Numbered from the stretch's first letter, positions 9,123-20,420 are shown. The stretch: DNA of 32,000 bases from Psychrobacter cryohalolentis K5 (GCF_000013905.1 NC_007969.1:210001-242000); one strand, 5' to 3'. Notes: generated from the sequence alone by a model not told the origin. Numbers and translations are program-made.

Positions 9123-11078
9123 TTAATACAATTGTATACGGTCATTGATATTGTGTTGCCCAAATGAGAAGCGCTGCTGCAAGTCGGCAAGTAAAGCGTC
9201 AACTTTTTCATTGTCGCCTAAGCCTTGATAAGCGCGTAATAGCAATGTCCCTGAGCGTAAAGTAGGGAGCACATCGTAAGGCGTTTGCAGATAGTCGATC
9301 ACTTGCTGATAATTCTCGTTTGCCAGCGCATTACTTGCCAGTACATTGAGAGCTTGCAGGTGCAGCTCATTGTCATAGCGAGGGTCATCGTAGCGTATTT
9401 GTATGATCGCTGTCGCCAACGTCAATCCTTGCTCAGAACCACGCTCATTGGCCAGCAATAACTGGGCGTAACTCAGCTGATAAGCAGGATTGCTGGGGTC
9501 AAGCGCTTGCAAGTGATTAAGTAAGGTACGCTTGACGATATAGTCCTCTTTATCATCAAGGAGCTGGGCGCGTGCAAAAAGCAGCATCTCATTATCAGGG
9601 TATTTACGAGCAGCCTTAGTTAATAGGCGTAAGGCTTCTGCAGGTTCATTCTGTTGCCATAAGATATCCGCTTGTAGCACAAAGCTATCAGGAGCGAAGA
9701 CGCTAAAGTCTTTACGCAGCTTTTCTAACGTTGCGATAGCGGCATCAACATTATTATTGAGTAAGTCTAATGCGACCACTTTTCGTCGAGCTTCCAATAC
9801 CAAGTCCTCTTGCATGACAGCATTGAGGTAGTATTTGGCTTGTTCAAAGTTTTGCTGACGCTCGGCACTGATGCCCAGATAATAATAAGATTGATCTAAA
9901 TAAGCGGGATTTTTGGCAAGCGTATTAAGCAATTGATCGGCACTAGTATATTTTTCGATATCTAAGCTAACCAGCGCCGCTAATAAGGTAATCTCAGCAT
10001 CATCGGCAAAGCGCTGATGAGCGTCTAATAACAGCTGCCACGCTTGCTCATTCTGTTTTAAATCAAGCAAATAGCGAATCTCATACAAGTATAGATTCTT
10101 ACTGTCAGCATTACGCAAGCGTGCTTGGCTGAGATACTCAATGACTGCTTCTGGCGTTTCGATTTTGCGCAGGATATCTGCTTTTAAGGTAATAAAAGGC
10201 ACATAATCCGGCTGGCGCTCAACTGCTCGATTGATATGAACGATGGCAATCTCAGGTTCATTAAACTGATAAAGCAAGCCAGCTTTTAAGACTGACAGCG
10301 AGGCGTTTTGTTCACTTGCGATAGGTTGCAGAGCGGCGAGTAACTCTCGCTTATCATCATCGCTGTTTGGATAAATGCCAATCAGAATTTCGCTAAGGTC
10401 GGCGCGAGGATCATAGCTCAAGATGCGATTTAGAGTTTCGCCTGCCAACTCATAATCGTGCGCTCGCAGTGCCAAATGAGCGACATAAAACCAAGCCGGC
10501 ACATGGTCTGGGTTTTCATCTTGCCATGCTTTGGCAAATTGTAAAGATTCTTCGACCCTGTCATTACGTAATGATAAGCTTAACGCTCTTTCAAATACGG
10601 CTGTGGCGTCTTGTTTAAATGATTGCTGCTTATAGATAATCAGCGCACGCTCGGTATCATCACGATTTGCAGAAAATTCTGCATCTAATAAGGCATACAA
10701 GCTTGGTTCATTGCTTATTTTATTGAGGTCAGATGACGGACTACCTTCGGTTATCGAGGCATCAGTTATCAAATTTTTATTAGCCATGCTTTTAGTCACT
10801 GGTGTGTGACTGTTAATAACTTGACTAGAGGCATTAATGGTTCTGGTAACGGTGGCACTACTAATGTTAGTAGGAGAGACTTTGGGCAAAGCTATGTTTG
10901 GTGAGACAATGGCATGGTCAGCATGGGCAGGGAATCCTAGGCACAAACAAACCGCCAACGAAAACGCTAGCTTATAACGTTGGCATAGCCGATCAATGAG
11001 AGCATGCAACAAAGCACTAAGGCTAGATTGAGCATTATGCATAGATTGTCGTCTAAATGAAGACCCAAAAAAGACCAT
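9123..11078 (-). CDS. Secreted tetratricopeptide-repeat protein
   Basis: 651 aa. Signal-peptide-like LAFSLAVCLCLGFPAHA, then a Ser/Thr/Asn-rich linker, then many about-34-aa A/L/Y-rich TPR-like repeats. The TPR-lolB-ispE context is the same as in Pseudomonas. An alternative start is the ATG at 11042. Confidence 0.85.
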   Translation of the reverse strand: MVFFGSSFRRQSMHNAQSSLSALLHALIDRLCQRYKLAFSLAVCLCLGFPAHADHAIVSPNIALPKVSPTNISSATVTRTINASSQVINSHTPVTKSMANKNLITDASITEGSPSSDLNKISNEPSLYALLDAEFSANRDDTERALIIYKQQSFKQDATAVFERALSLSLRNDRVEESLQFAKAWQDENPDHVPAWFYVAHLALRAHDYELAGETLNRILSYDPRADLSEILIGIYPNSDDDKRELLAALQPIASEQNASLSVLKAGLLYQFNEPEIAIVHINRAVERQPDYVPFITLKADILRKIETPEAVIEYLSQARLRNADSKNLYLYEIRYLLDLKQNEQAWQLLLDAHQRFADDAEITLLAALVSLDIEKYTSADQLLNTLAKNPAYLDQSYYYLGISAERQQNFEQAKYYLNAVMQEDLVLEARRKVVALDLLNNNVDAAIATLEKLRKDFSVFAPDSFVLQADILWQQNEPAEALRLLTKAARKYPDNEMLLFARAQLLDDKEDYIVKRTLLNHLQALDPSNPAYQLSYAQLLLANERGSEQGLTLATAIIQIRYDDPRYDNELHLQALNVLASNALANENYQQVIDYLQTPYDVLPTLRSGTLLLRAYQGLGDNEKVDALLADLQQRFSFGQHNINDRIQLY

Positions 11079-11286
11079 AGCGTGCAGTATTTACCTATTC
11101 TGACCTTGTTTCTATGCCTAGTAAAAGGATTTGCAGCATAGAAGGCTGGGTTTATTAGAATCGTTTTAAAAACAGATATCTGTGACGAACAATGATGTCA
11201 AACATTATAAGAGTAGCATGAAGGGATACACAATAGCAGCCGTGTTACTTAGGCATCAGTAATAGTGTAAATTTATTCTATTGACA

Positions 11287-11432
11287 GTCCTAAATAAAAG
11301 AAATACAAATGTTATCAATAACTACTGGGGTTAATTTTTCTTGCTTGCTGTGCCTACGCAGACAGAGGCTGCGAATAATCAACCCCAGTAGTTCTGTATT
11401 CTTTTAAAAGTGGTGGATCAACTATAGTAGCA
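11287..11432. repeat. Intergenic imperfect-palindrome repeat, copy A (about 146 bp)
   Basis: Aligns by hand to 31584..31726 in the same orientation, with about 14 substitutions and one 3-nt indel. Its core is a 16-bp stem AACTACTGGGGTTAAT / ATCAACCCCAGTAGTT around a 42-nt central segment. Confidence 0.8.
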
Positions 11433-11642
11433 CCCGAATTTAAGGGTAACATTGTTAGCTTTAAGTAAACCTATATGCAAATGTTAGAATATTAAACCAG
11501 TAATTACAGTTGATTTGTAAGCCATGCGCCCAGATACAGACAAAGTGCTGGCTTATAGAGGTGAGTGTTAAATAAAGCTATCAATAATGATATAATAAGC
11601 GCTTTTTATTATTTTACTTTCAAAGTTGCCTATTAAAAGCTA

Positions 11643-11681
11643 TTTTTCAAAGATTTCTTGTCAAAAGCTGTCTTTGAAAAA
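11643..11681 (+). promoter_or_regulatory. Perfect 11-bp inverted repeat in the hemA upstream region
   Basis: TTTTTCAAAGA (11643..11653), a 17-nt spacer, then TCTTTGAAAAA (11671..11681). It ends 75 nt upstream of the probable hemA ATG at 11757. Confidence 0.35.
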
Positions 11682-11756
11682 CGGGATTTTAATTTTTTAA
11701 AAACCGCTAAAGGTGTTTGGTTGGCGAGTGAATATCATATTTATGGTCTGTCAATA

Positions 11757-13151
11757 ATGAGATTAGTGGTCATTGGGGTCAATCACAAAACTGCACCAGT
11801 CGCTCTACGAGAGCGCTTGGCGCTTGTCGGTGACGAGGTCAGTATCGCACTTGCGCAGCTACAAGGCTTTAGCGACGGTAGCGTGATAGTCTCCACCTGC
11901 AACCGGACAGAGATTTATGCATTGGTCCCAGAAAGCATATTATCACCACATACGTTATTGCCAAATTCAGCCTCAGCAGTTGTAGAGACTTCAGTTATAG
12001 AGTCTAGTATGACGGCTAACAATAGCGCCAACCTTTCATCGACTATCATCAGCGCTCACATCCTAAAAATTAAAACTTGGCTTGCAGGTTTTAAGCAATT
12101 ATCACTGGATGAGATTGACCCTTATTTGTATGTCCATCGTAATACGCATGCCTTAACCCATTGGCTACGAGTAGCTGCAGGTCTTGACTCTATGATATTG
12201 GGTGAGCCGCAGATACTTGGGCAAATCAAGCGCGCTGTGCATATGGCGCAAGATCAAAAAGCGCTTAGCAATCAGCTAGGTTGGATTGTTGATCAGGTAT
12301 TTGCAGCGGCAAAACGAGTACGTAATGAGACCCAAGTTGGCGCACAAGCCGTATCACTTAGCTATGCTGCTGCCAAACTGGTGACGCAAATCTTTGATGA
12401 TTTGCCAAGTCGTACTTTGCTGGTGGTAGCCGCTGGCGAGATGAACCGCTTGGTAGCGACGCATATCGCAGGTCTTGGAGTCGGTCGCGTTATTATTTGC
12501 AACCGTAATCCTGAACGCGCAGAAGCGTTAGCGGCTGAGCTGCGCAATCCCAATCGCCGGATCGAAGTCAGAACGCTGCAAGAGCTGCCACAAGTATTGG
12601 CAGAAGCCGATATTGTGAGCAGCTGTAGCGGTAGCATGGACATATTGATTGATAAAACCATGACGCTGCGGGCACTGAAAAGCCGTCGCTATCAGCCGAT
12701 GCTGATGATTGACTTGGCGGTGCCGCGTGATATTGATTCGACTGTCAGCCGGATAGACGACGTTTATCTATATTCTGTCGATGACTTACAACATGTGATA
12801 GCCGGTAATATCGAACAACGTCGGCAAGCAGCAGTAGATGCTGAGCTGTTGGTCAGTCAATTGGTGGTTGAGATGGATCGCCGCTTTCAAGTACGCCAAG
12901 TAGGCAAGGATATTCAGCAATATCGCACGCGTACTCATGAGCAGGTAAACAAACTATTGCAGGCGTCTATCGCAGAGCTGCATGGCGATAGTGCTAACCC
13001 TGAAGATATTATGATTGAGCTAACGCGGCGCTTAACGCAAAACTTGACCCATGCGCCCTCCAAGCTCATGCGTAAGGCGGCACGCGAAGGTGACAATGAA
13101 TTACTCGATTTTGTGGTATCAGGTCTACAAGACGCCCATCGGAATCACTGA
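11757..13151 (+). CDS. hemA: Glutamyl-tRNA reductase
   Basis: MRLVVIGVNHKTAPVALRERL aligns with the E. coli HemA N-terminus [21 protein letters not shown]. Catalytic STCNRTE, GEPQILGQ and NADPH-site VVAAGEM are present. I prefer the ATG at 11757 to the TTG at 11658 in the ORF track. Confidence 0.93.
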   Translation: MRLVVIGVNHKTAPVALRERLALVGDEVSIALAQLQGFSDGSVIVSTCNRTEIYALVPESILSPHTLLPNSASAVVETSVIESSMTANNSANLSSTIISAHILKIKTWLAGFKQLSLDEIDPYLYVHRNTHALTHWLRVAAGLDSMILGEPQILGQIKRAVHMAQDQKALSNQLGWIVDQVFAAAKRVRNETQVGAQAVSLSYAAAKLVTQIFDDLPSRTLLVVAAGEMNRLVATHIAGLGVGRVIICNRNPERAEALAAELRNPNRRIEVRTLQELPQVLAEADIVSSCSGSMDILIDKTMTLRALKSRRYQPMLMIDLAVPRDIDSTVSRIDDVYLYSVDDLQHVIAGNIEQRRQAAVDAELLVSQLVVEMDRRFQVRQVGKDIQQYRTRTHEQVNKLLQASIAELHGDSANPEDIMIELTRRLTQNLTHAPSKLMRKAAREGDNELLDFVVSGLQDAHRNH

Positions 13152-13707
13152 TAGTTGCCTTTTATCATCAAAAATAAGAAATTGTATCAGTATGGTTTTA
13201 ACGCAAACATAGCATTGTCAACCTGCATTATCAGTGCTAATATCGAGCTGTTATGACGATATTAAGTGATGATGCTTGATTGATGAATAGGGACTGTTTT
13301 TAGGATACTCGAGCGGTATTCGTTACAATACCAGCGTCTTTATACTATTTAACTTTTATCTATCCAATCAATCATTTTCAATCACTACTGTTATCAGCCT
13401 ACTACCGCGTAGCAACGATAATGGTTTGCGTATCTTATGCGCTTTCACTCAATATCTGATGACATCAACGACGTAAAAGATACCACCGTCAACGGCAATA
13501 GCGCTAGGATAAAGTGCTACATCGTCCACCCTGCGTCATATTCTCAATTATTACTCGATATTCGTACTTAGTGAATGCTATCTATAAACGTATCTGGCTA
13601 TCATATTACGTTGATTAAAATAATAGCTGACCTAAATTGACTAAGACAGTATCTAGATTTTGTTATCACTCATACTTAAAAAATATTACAACAGACAGGA
13701 GCGTCAC

Positions 13708-14844
13708 ATGACTGCATTACGTCAAGATATTGATCCAAACGGCTTATTAGAATATTCAGTGGTTTATACCGACCGCGCCCTTAATCATATGTCAAAAGCC
13801 TTCCAAGAGGTGATGAATGATTTGCTCAGCAACCTAAAAACAGTCTATAACGCTGAAGCCGCGGTTATTATTCCAGGTTCTGGTACCTACGGCATGGAAG
13901 CAGTCGCCCGTCAACTGACCATTGATGAAGATTGTCTCATTATCCGTAACGGTTGGTTTAGCTATCGCTGGACGCAAATATTAGAAAAAGGCAAATTTGC
14001 CAAATCATCTACGGTACTAACGGCTGAGCGTACAGAAGAGACGGAAGTGCCAAAACCATTTGCGCCAGTGGATATCGAAACGGCCGTTGCCAAAATTAAA
14101 GCAGACAAATCTGCTGTCGTTTATGCGCCGCACGTTGAAACATCGTCGGGCATTATCTTATCAGAAGACTACATCAAAGCATTAAGCGCGGCCGTACATA
14201 GTGTTGGCGGTTTATTGGTTATTGATTGTATCGCTTCAGGTTGTGTATGGTTAGATATGAAAAAATTGGGCATTGATGTGCTCATCAGTGCGCCGCAAAA
14301 AGGCTGGAGTAGCACACCATGTGCAGGTCTGGTTATGCTCAGTGACGCTGCTATCAAAAAGGTAGAAACCACGGAGTCTAACTGCTTTAGCCTTGATTTA
14401 AAGCAATGGTTAACCATCATGCGTGCGTACGAAAACGGCGGTCACGCTTATCATGCGACTATGCCAACCGATAGCTTGCGTCAATTCCGCGATACTATCT
14501 TGGAAGCAAAAGAGATTGGCTTTGATAAATTGTGTGATGCACAATGGGAGCTTGGCAACCGCGTCCGTAAGGTACTGGCAGATAAAGGTATTGAAAGCGT
14601 TGCTGCCAAAGGTTTTGAAGCACCAGGCGTTGTCGTATCTTATACCGACCGTGATGACATCCATAAAGGCAGTGCTTTTGCTGAAGCTGGATTGCAAATC
14701 GCTGCTGGCGTACCGTTAAAAGTGGGTGAGCCTGAGAACTTCAAAACGTTCCGTTTAGGTCTATTTGGTTTGGATAAATTGACCGATGTCGACGGCGCGG
14801 TAGAGCGTTTTGAAAAAGCGCTTGATGAAGTCTTAGCAAAATGA
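13708..14844 (+). CDS. Class-V (AGXT-type) PLP-dependent aminotransferase
   Basis: 378 aa from the ATG at 13708, preceded by AGGAG 6 nt upstream. Has GSGTYGMEA, the HVETSSG motif and the PLP-lysine context SAPQKGW. Substrate is not assignable from sequence. Confidence 0.87.
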   Translation: MTALRQDIDPNGLLEYSVVYTDRALNHMSKAFQEVMNDLLSNLKTVYNAEAAVIIPGSGTYGMEAVARQLTIDEDCLIIRNGWFSYRWTQILEKGKFAKSSTVLTAERTEETEVPKPFAPVDIETAVAKIKADKSAVVYAPHVETSSGIILSEDYIKALSAAVHSVGGLLVIDCIASGCVWLDMKKLGIDVLISAPQKGWSSTPCAGLVMLSDAAIKKVETTESNCFSLDLKQWLTIMRAYENGGHAYHATMPTDSLRQFRDTILEAKEIGFDKLCDAQWELGNRVRKVLADKGIESVAAKGFEAPGVVVSYTDRDDIHKGSAFAEAGLQIAAGVPLKVGEPENFKTFRLGLFGLDKLTDVDGAVERFEKALDEVLAK

Positions 14845-14909
14845 TTTGAGAGGCTGACTCGTTTATTAACGACTATATTTATTAAGCCAGTCAGTCATCA
14901 AATGAAGAG

Positions 14910-14948
14910 ATACTGAGCAATGCGTGACGCAATGTTCAGTATTTTTTT
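14910..14948 (+). terminator. Intrinsic terminator after the aminotransferase
   Basis: ATACTGAGCAATGCG-tga-CGCAATGTTCAGTAT (two mismatches) followed by T7. Confidence 0.6.
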
Positions 14949-15109
14949 ACTTTTTCATTATGTTTTATAATATAATGTATTTATATAAAATAATATGTAG
15001 TAAGATATAAACAATAAAAAATCGTTTATAGCAGTAGTACAATATCGTTGTTAAACTCAATTGAAGATATAAAACCATTTTTAATAAAAAATCAGCTTAG
15101 GTAATCATT

Positions 15110-15547
15110 ATGGGTATACAAATAGACTGGCAAGCTTTTACGCCAATTTCCTTGGTAGGCGGGCTGATGCTAGGCGTTGCAACGGTTATCTTGCTGTTGG
15201 GCATTGGTCGTATTGCGGGTATTAGTGGTATTTTCTCAAGTCTTCTTAAACCCAAGCGCGTCGAGATGTGGCAGGTATTATTTATTGCAGGTCTGATCCT
15301 CTCGCCATTATTATATAGCTTATTTAGACCGTTACCTGATATCGAAATCAGTACCTCGATACCGTTATTAATCGGTGCAGGGCTATTGGTTGGTTTTGGG
15401 ACGCGTTTAGGTTCAGGCTGTACCAGCGGACATGGTATTTGTGGTAATGCGCGACTGTCGCCACGGTCGATGGCGGCGACAGTGACCTTTATGTTATTTG
15501 GTATTGTGACGGTTTATATTGGTCGACATCTCTTGGGCTTAATTTAA
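15110..15547 (+). CDS. YeeE/YedE family half-transporter (sulfur-compound transport family)
   Basis: 145 aa with four hydrophobic helices and the family signature GxRLGSGCTSGHGICG. Confidence 0.85.
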   Translation: MGIQIDWQAFTPISLVGGLMLGVATVILLLGIGRIAGISGIFSSLLKPKRVEMWQVLFIAGLILSPLLYSLFRPLPDIEISTSIPLLIGAGLLVGFGTRLGSGCTSGHGICGNARLSPRSMAATVTFMLFGIVTVYIGRHLLGLI

Positions 15548-15619
15548 ACAACACATTGCTAAGACAACGTTGAATATGATTCATAAAAGCTTATATCCAC
15601 GAATGAAGTGCGAGACATA

Positions 15620-16042
15620 ATGATGCTAAAAAATATAATTGGGTTACTGGCAGGTCTGCTATTTGGTATTGGGTTATTAATCTCAGGTATGACTGATCCT
15701 GTTAAAGTACAGGGCTTTTTAGACGTCTTTGGTGCATGGGATATTTCCCTTGCCTTGGTGATGGGTGGCGGTCTAATGGTGGCGATAGTCGGTGTACAAT
15801 TGGCTAAGCGTCAACAGACCAGCTGGATTGGCACCTTAATTGAGATGCCCAGCAAAACAGTGATTAATAAAAAACTGTTAATCGGCGCGATGCTATTCGG
15901 TATCGGCTGGGGCTTGGTAGGTATTTGCCCAGGTCCTGGTATTGTGCTGCTCGGCACAGGACAATGGCAGGCATATGTTTTTATCCCAGCGATGATAATC
16001 GGTATGCTGGTGTATCAATGGCTGGAGCCAAGGCTTAATTAG
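15620..16042 (+). CDS. Second YeeE/YedE-like half-transporter (partner of 15110..15547)
   Basis: About 140 aa with four helices. GLLFGIGLLISGMTDP and GIGWGLVGICPGP are typical of the second half of split YeeE/YedE pairs. The start is uncertain: ATG at 15620 or 15623, or GTG at 15608. Confidence 0.8.
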   Translation: MMLKNIIGLLAGLLFGIGLLISGMTDPVKVQGFLDVFGAWDISLALVMGGGLMVAIVGVQLAKRQQTSWIGTLIEMPSKTVINKKLLIGAMLFGIGWGLVGICPGPGIVLLGTGQWQAYVFIPAMIIGMLVYQWLEPRLN

Positions 16043-16081
16043 TTTTTTGATTAATAATAAGCTTGGTTTTTTTGGCTCAAT

Positions 16082-16119
16082 AAAAGGGTCAGCCTACATT
16101 CATTAGGCTGACCTTTTTT
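16082..16119. terminator. Bidirectional intrinsic terminator between convergent genes
   Basis: GGTCAGCCT (16087..16095) pairs with AGGCTGACC (16105..16113). A-run upstream and T-run downstream. Confidence 0.8.
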
Positions 16120-16181
16120 ATCAATGATGATTCATTAATATTAACGATACTTCCGTATTATTAAGGCTTAATGATAAACAC

Positions 16182-17846
16182 TTACTTAGCACTAGCCGTT
16201 ACTTTTGGCGTTTCATGTGCTAAGGATTTGGCCGCTTGACGCAGCTCAAACTTCTGCACTTTACCAGTGCTTGTCTTTGGGATTTCAGCAAAGACAATAT
16301 ATTTTGGTACTTTAAAACCAGCAAGGTGCTGTTTGCAATGTTCCATCACATGATCGCGCTGTAAAGTGCTGCCTTCATGAATCTCGATAAAGGCGACAGG
16401 TACTTCGCCCCATTTATCATGCGGCGCGGCGACGACCGCACAGCTTTGAATTTCTAGCATTTTATATAGGACGTTCTCGACTTCGATACTAGAGATGTTT
16501 TCACCGCCTGATATGATAATATCTTTAAGCCTGTCCATGATTTTGATATAGCCGTCAGGATATTTGACCCCTAAATCACCGGTGCGGAACCAGCCATCAG
16601 TCAAGGCTTCTTCGGTGGCTTTACGACTTTTTAGATAACCTTTCATTACCATATTACCGCGCAGTGCCAGCTCGCCCATCTCTTCGCCATCAGCGGCAAC
16701 GGGTTCAGTCGTGCCTTGTTTGAACACGTCAAATCCCGTCATCAAATGCGACGTCACCCCTTGACGTGATTTTTTCTGCGCGCGGCCAGCGACATCAAGC
16801 GTATCCCATTCTTGCTGCTCAGCGCAGACGGTGACGGGCCCATAAACTTCAGTGAGACCATAAACGTGGGAGATGTGAAAGCCCATCGCTTCCATGGCTG
16901 CGAGCATGGTCTCAGATGGCGGCGCACCAGCGACCCAGCCTTTGACCGTATGAGTGATGGCTTCTTTATACTCAGGTTTGCCGCCCGCAATCATATTGTG
17001 CACCACAGGCGCTGAACAATAATGGCTGACTTGATGCTTGGCAATCAGCTGCAATATCAAGTCGGCATCAATGTTCCGCAAGCAGACATTGACCCCAGCG
17101 CGCTCAGCGATCGTCCACGGAAAGCACCAGCCATTACAATGAAATAATGGCAGCGTCCACAGATACATAGGGTGCTTGGGCATGTCCCAATCTAAAATGT
17201 TAGAGATTGCGTTGAGGGTGGCACCGCGATGATGATAGACCACGCCTTTGGGCTTGCCCGTGGTGCCAGAGGTATAGTTGAGCGCGATAGCATCCCATTC
17301 ATCTAATGGTTTTTCCCAATTATCCAAACTGTCTGAGCTGGCGAGTAATGCTTCGTAGCTCATTTGTCCAAAACCTTCAATATCGAGCGCCGCATCTGTC
17401 GCATGAATCACGATTAGATTTGGAAAGGTTTCATCGATCATTTCAGCATGTTCAGCAAACTCGCTGTCTAAAATTAAGACCTTCGCTTCTGAATGCTGTA
17501 GACAAAAGGTCAGGGCATTGATGTCGAGGCGGGTGTTCAGCGTACAAAGCACGCCACCTGACATGGGTACACCAAAAGCGCATTCGACCATCGCTGGGGT
17601 GTTTGGCATCATGACTGCAACTGTGTCATTTTTATCAATGCCTAATTTACGCAGACCATCCGCCAGTTGTCTGCAACGATCATAAGTCTGTTGCCACGTT
17701 TGGGTGAGGTTATTATGTTCTAAGTCGTCATAGATGATAGCGGTTCTGTCAGGATAGACCTGAGCACTACGGATGATAAAATCAATAGGGGTAAGCGGTT
17801 GATGGTTGGCAGCATTTTTGCCGAGACCGGTATGGAAGTCTGTCAT
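16182..17846 (-). CDS. AMP-forming acyl-CoA synthetase (short/medium-chain type; substrate unknown)
   Basis: 554 aa. AMP-binding box YTSGTTGKPKGV, plus GLTE, TGDLG and the C-terminal PKTSTGKVQK lysine motif. Confidence 0.9.
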   Translation of the reverse strand: MTDFHTGLGKNAANHQPLTPIDFIIRSAQVYPDRTAIIYDDLEHNNLTQTWQQTYDRCRQLADGLRKLGIDKNDTVAVMMPNTPAMVECAFGVPMSGGVLCTLNTRLDINALTFCLQHSEAKVLILDSEFAEHAEMIDETFPNLIVIHATDAALDIEGFGQMSYEALLASSDSLDNWEKPLDEWDAIALNYTSGTTGKPKGVVYHHRGATLNAISNILDWDMPKHPMYLWTLPLFHCNGWCFPWTIAERAGVNVCLRNIDADLILQLIAKHQVSHYCSAPVVHNMIAGGKPEYKEAITHTVKGWVAGAPPSETMLAAMEAMGFHISHVYGLTEVYGPVTVCAEQQEWDTLDVAGRAQKKSRQGVTSHLMTGFDVFKQGTTEPVAADGEEMGELALRGNMVMKGYLKSRKATEEALTDGWFRTGDLGVKYPDGYIKIMDRLKDIIISGGENISSIEVENVLYKMLEIQSCAVVAAPHDKWGEVPVAFIEIHEGSTLQRDHVMEHCKQHLAGFKVPKYIVFAEIPKTSTGKVQKFELRQAAKSLAHETPKVTASAK

Positions 17847-18028
17847 GCAGATAGTCCTTTATCATATGTTTTTGTAGTCGATGACGCAGTAATGGGGCTT
17901 TGCTGTCGCCAATCAACTGTATCAGGATCTGATTATTATAGACAGTCGCAGGCAAAATTTGGACAGGTTTTGTGGAGTTTATTTAACTATCTGCAAAAAA
18001 CCTCACTATTAGAAAGCATCGTTCAGCG

Positions 18029-18088
18029 CCGCTATTAATTAGTGTTCACTCATCAGTCGCTTGTCTGCATAGCTGATGATAATAGCGG
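18029..18088. promoter_or_regulatory. Nested inverted repeats in the divergent acyl-CoA synthetase / fadH control region
   Basis: Outer pair CCGCTATTA (18029..18037) / TAATAGCGG (18080..18088). Inner pair CATCAG (18051..18056) / CTGATG (18073..18078). Confidence 0.3.
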
Positions 18089-18173
18089 TGTGGTACGATA
18101 CCGTAACGCTAAGTCCTATAGCACGAGCAATATAAGCACTCTTACAAAACATTCCTAAAAAATATTCTCATAA

Positions 18174-20330
<2,157 letters not shown>

Positions 20331-20357
20331 GGTCTAGTTAAAAGTCAGAAATTAAGA

Positions 20358-20389
20358 AACGGTAGGGAAGAGATTTCCTACCGTTTTTT
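20358..20389 (+). terminator. Intrinsic terminator of fadH
   Basis: ACGGTAGG (20359..20366) pairs with CCTACCGT (20377..20384), followed by a T-run. Confidence 0.8.
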
Positions 20390-20420
20390 ATGGTTCAATT
20401 TATAATATTCAATATTTCTA

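Noticed and set aside
11658-11756. TTG-initiated 33-codon N-terminal extension of hemA
   Set aside because: HemA homology begins exactly at MRLVVIGVNHKTAP (ATG at 11757). The extension contains a perfect 11-bp inverted repeat and has no counterpart in HemA proteins I know.
12362-12661. 99-aa minus-strand ORF inside hemA
   Set aside because: It is an antisense shadow ORF with an Ala/Ser/Arg-rich off-frame composition.
14169-14719. Three ORFs of 83 to 98 aa on both strands inside the aminotransferase gene
   Set aside because: They are embedded in a gene with clear class-V aminotransferase motifs and have no independent signals.
13708-17846. Aminotransferase, YeeE/YedE pair and acyl-CoA synthetase as one sulfur-metabolism cluster
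   Set aside because: The three units are separated by good intrinsic terminators (14910..14948 and 16082..16119). The synthetase is on the opposite strand, and nothing in the sequences ties them together functionally.
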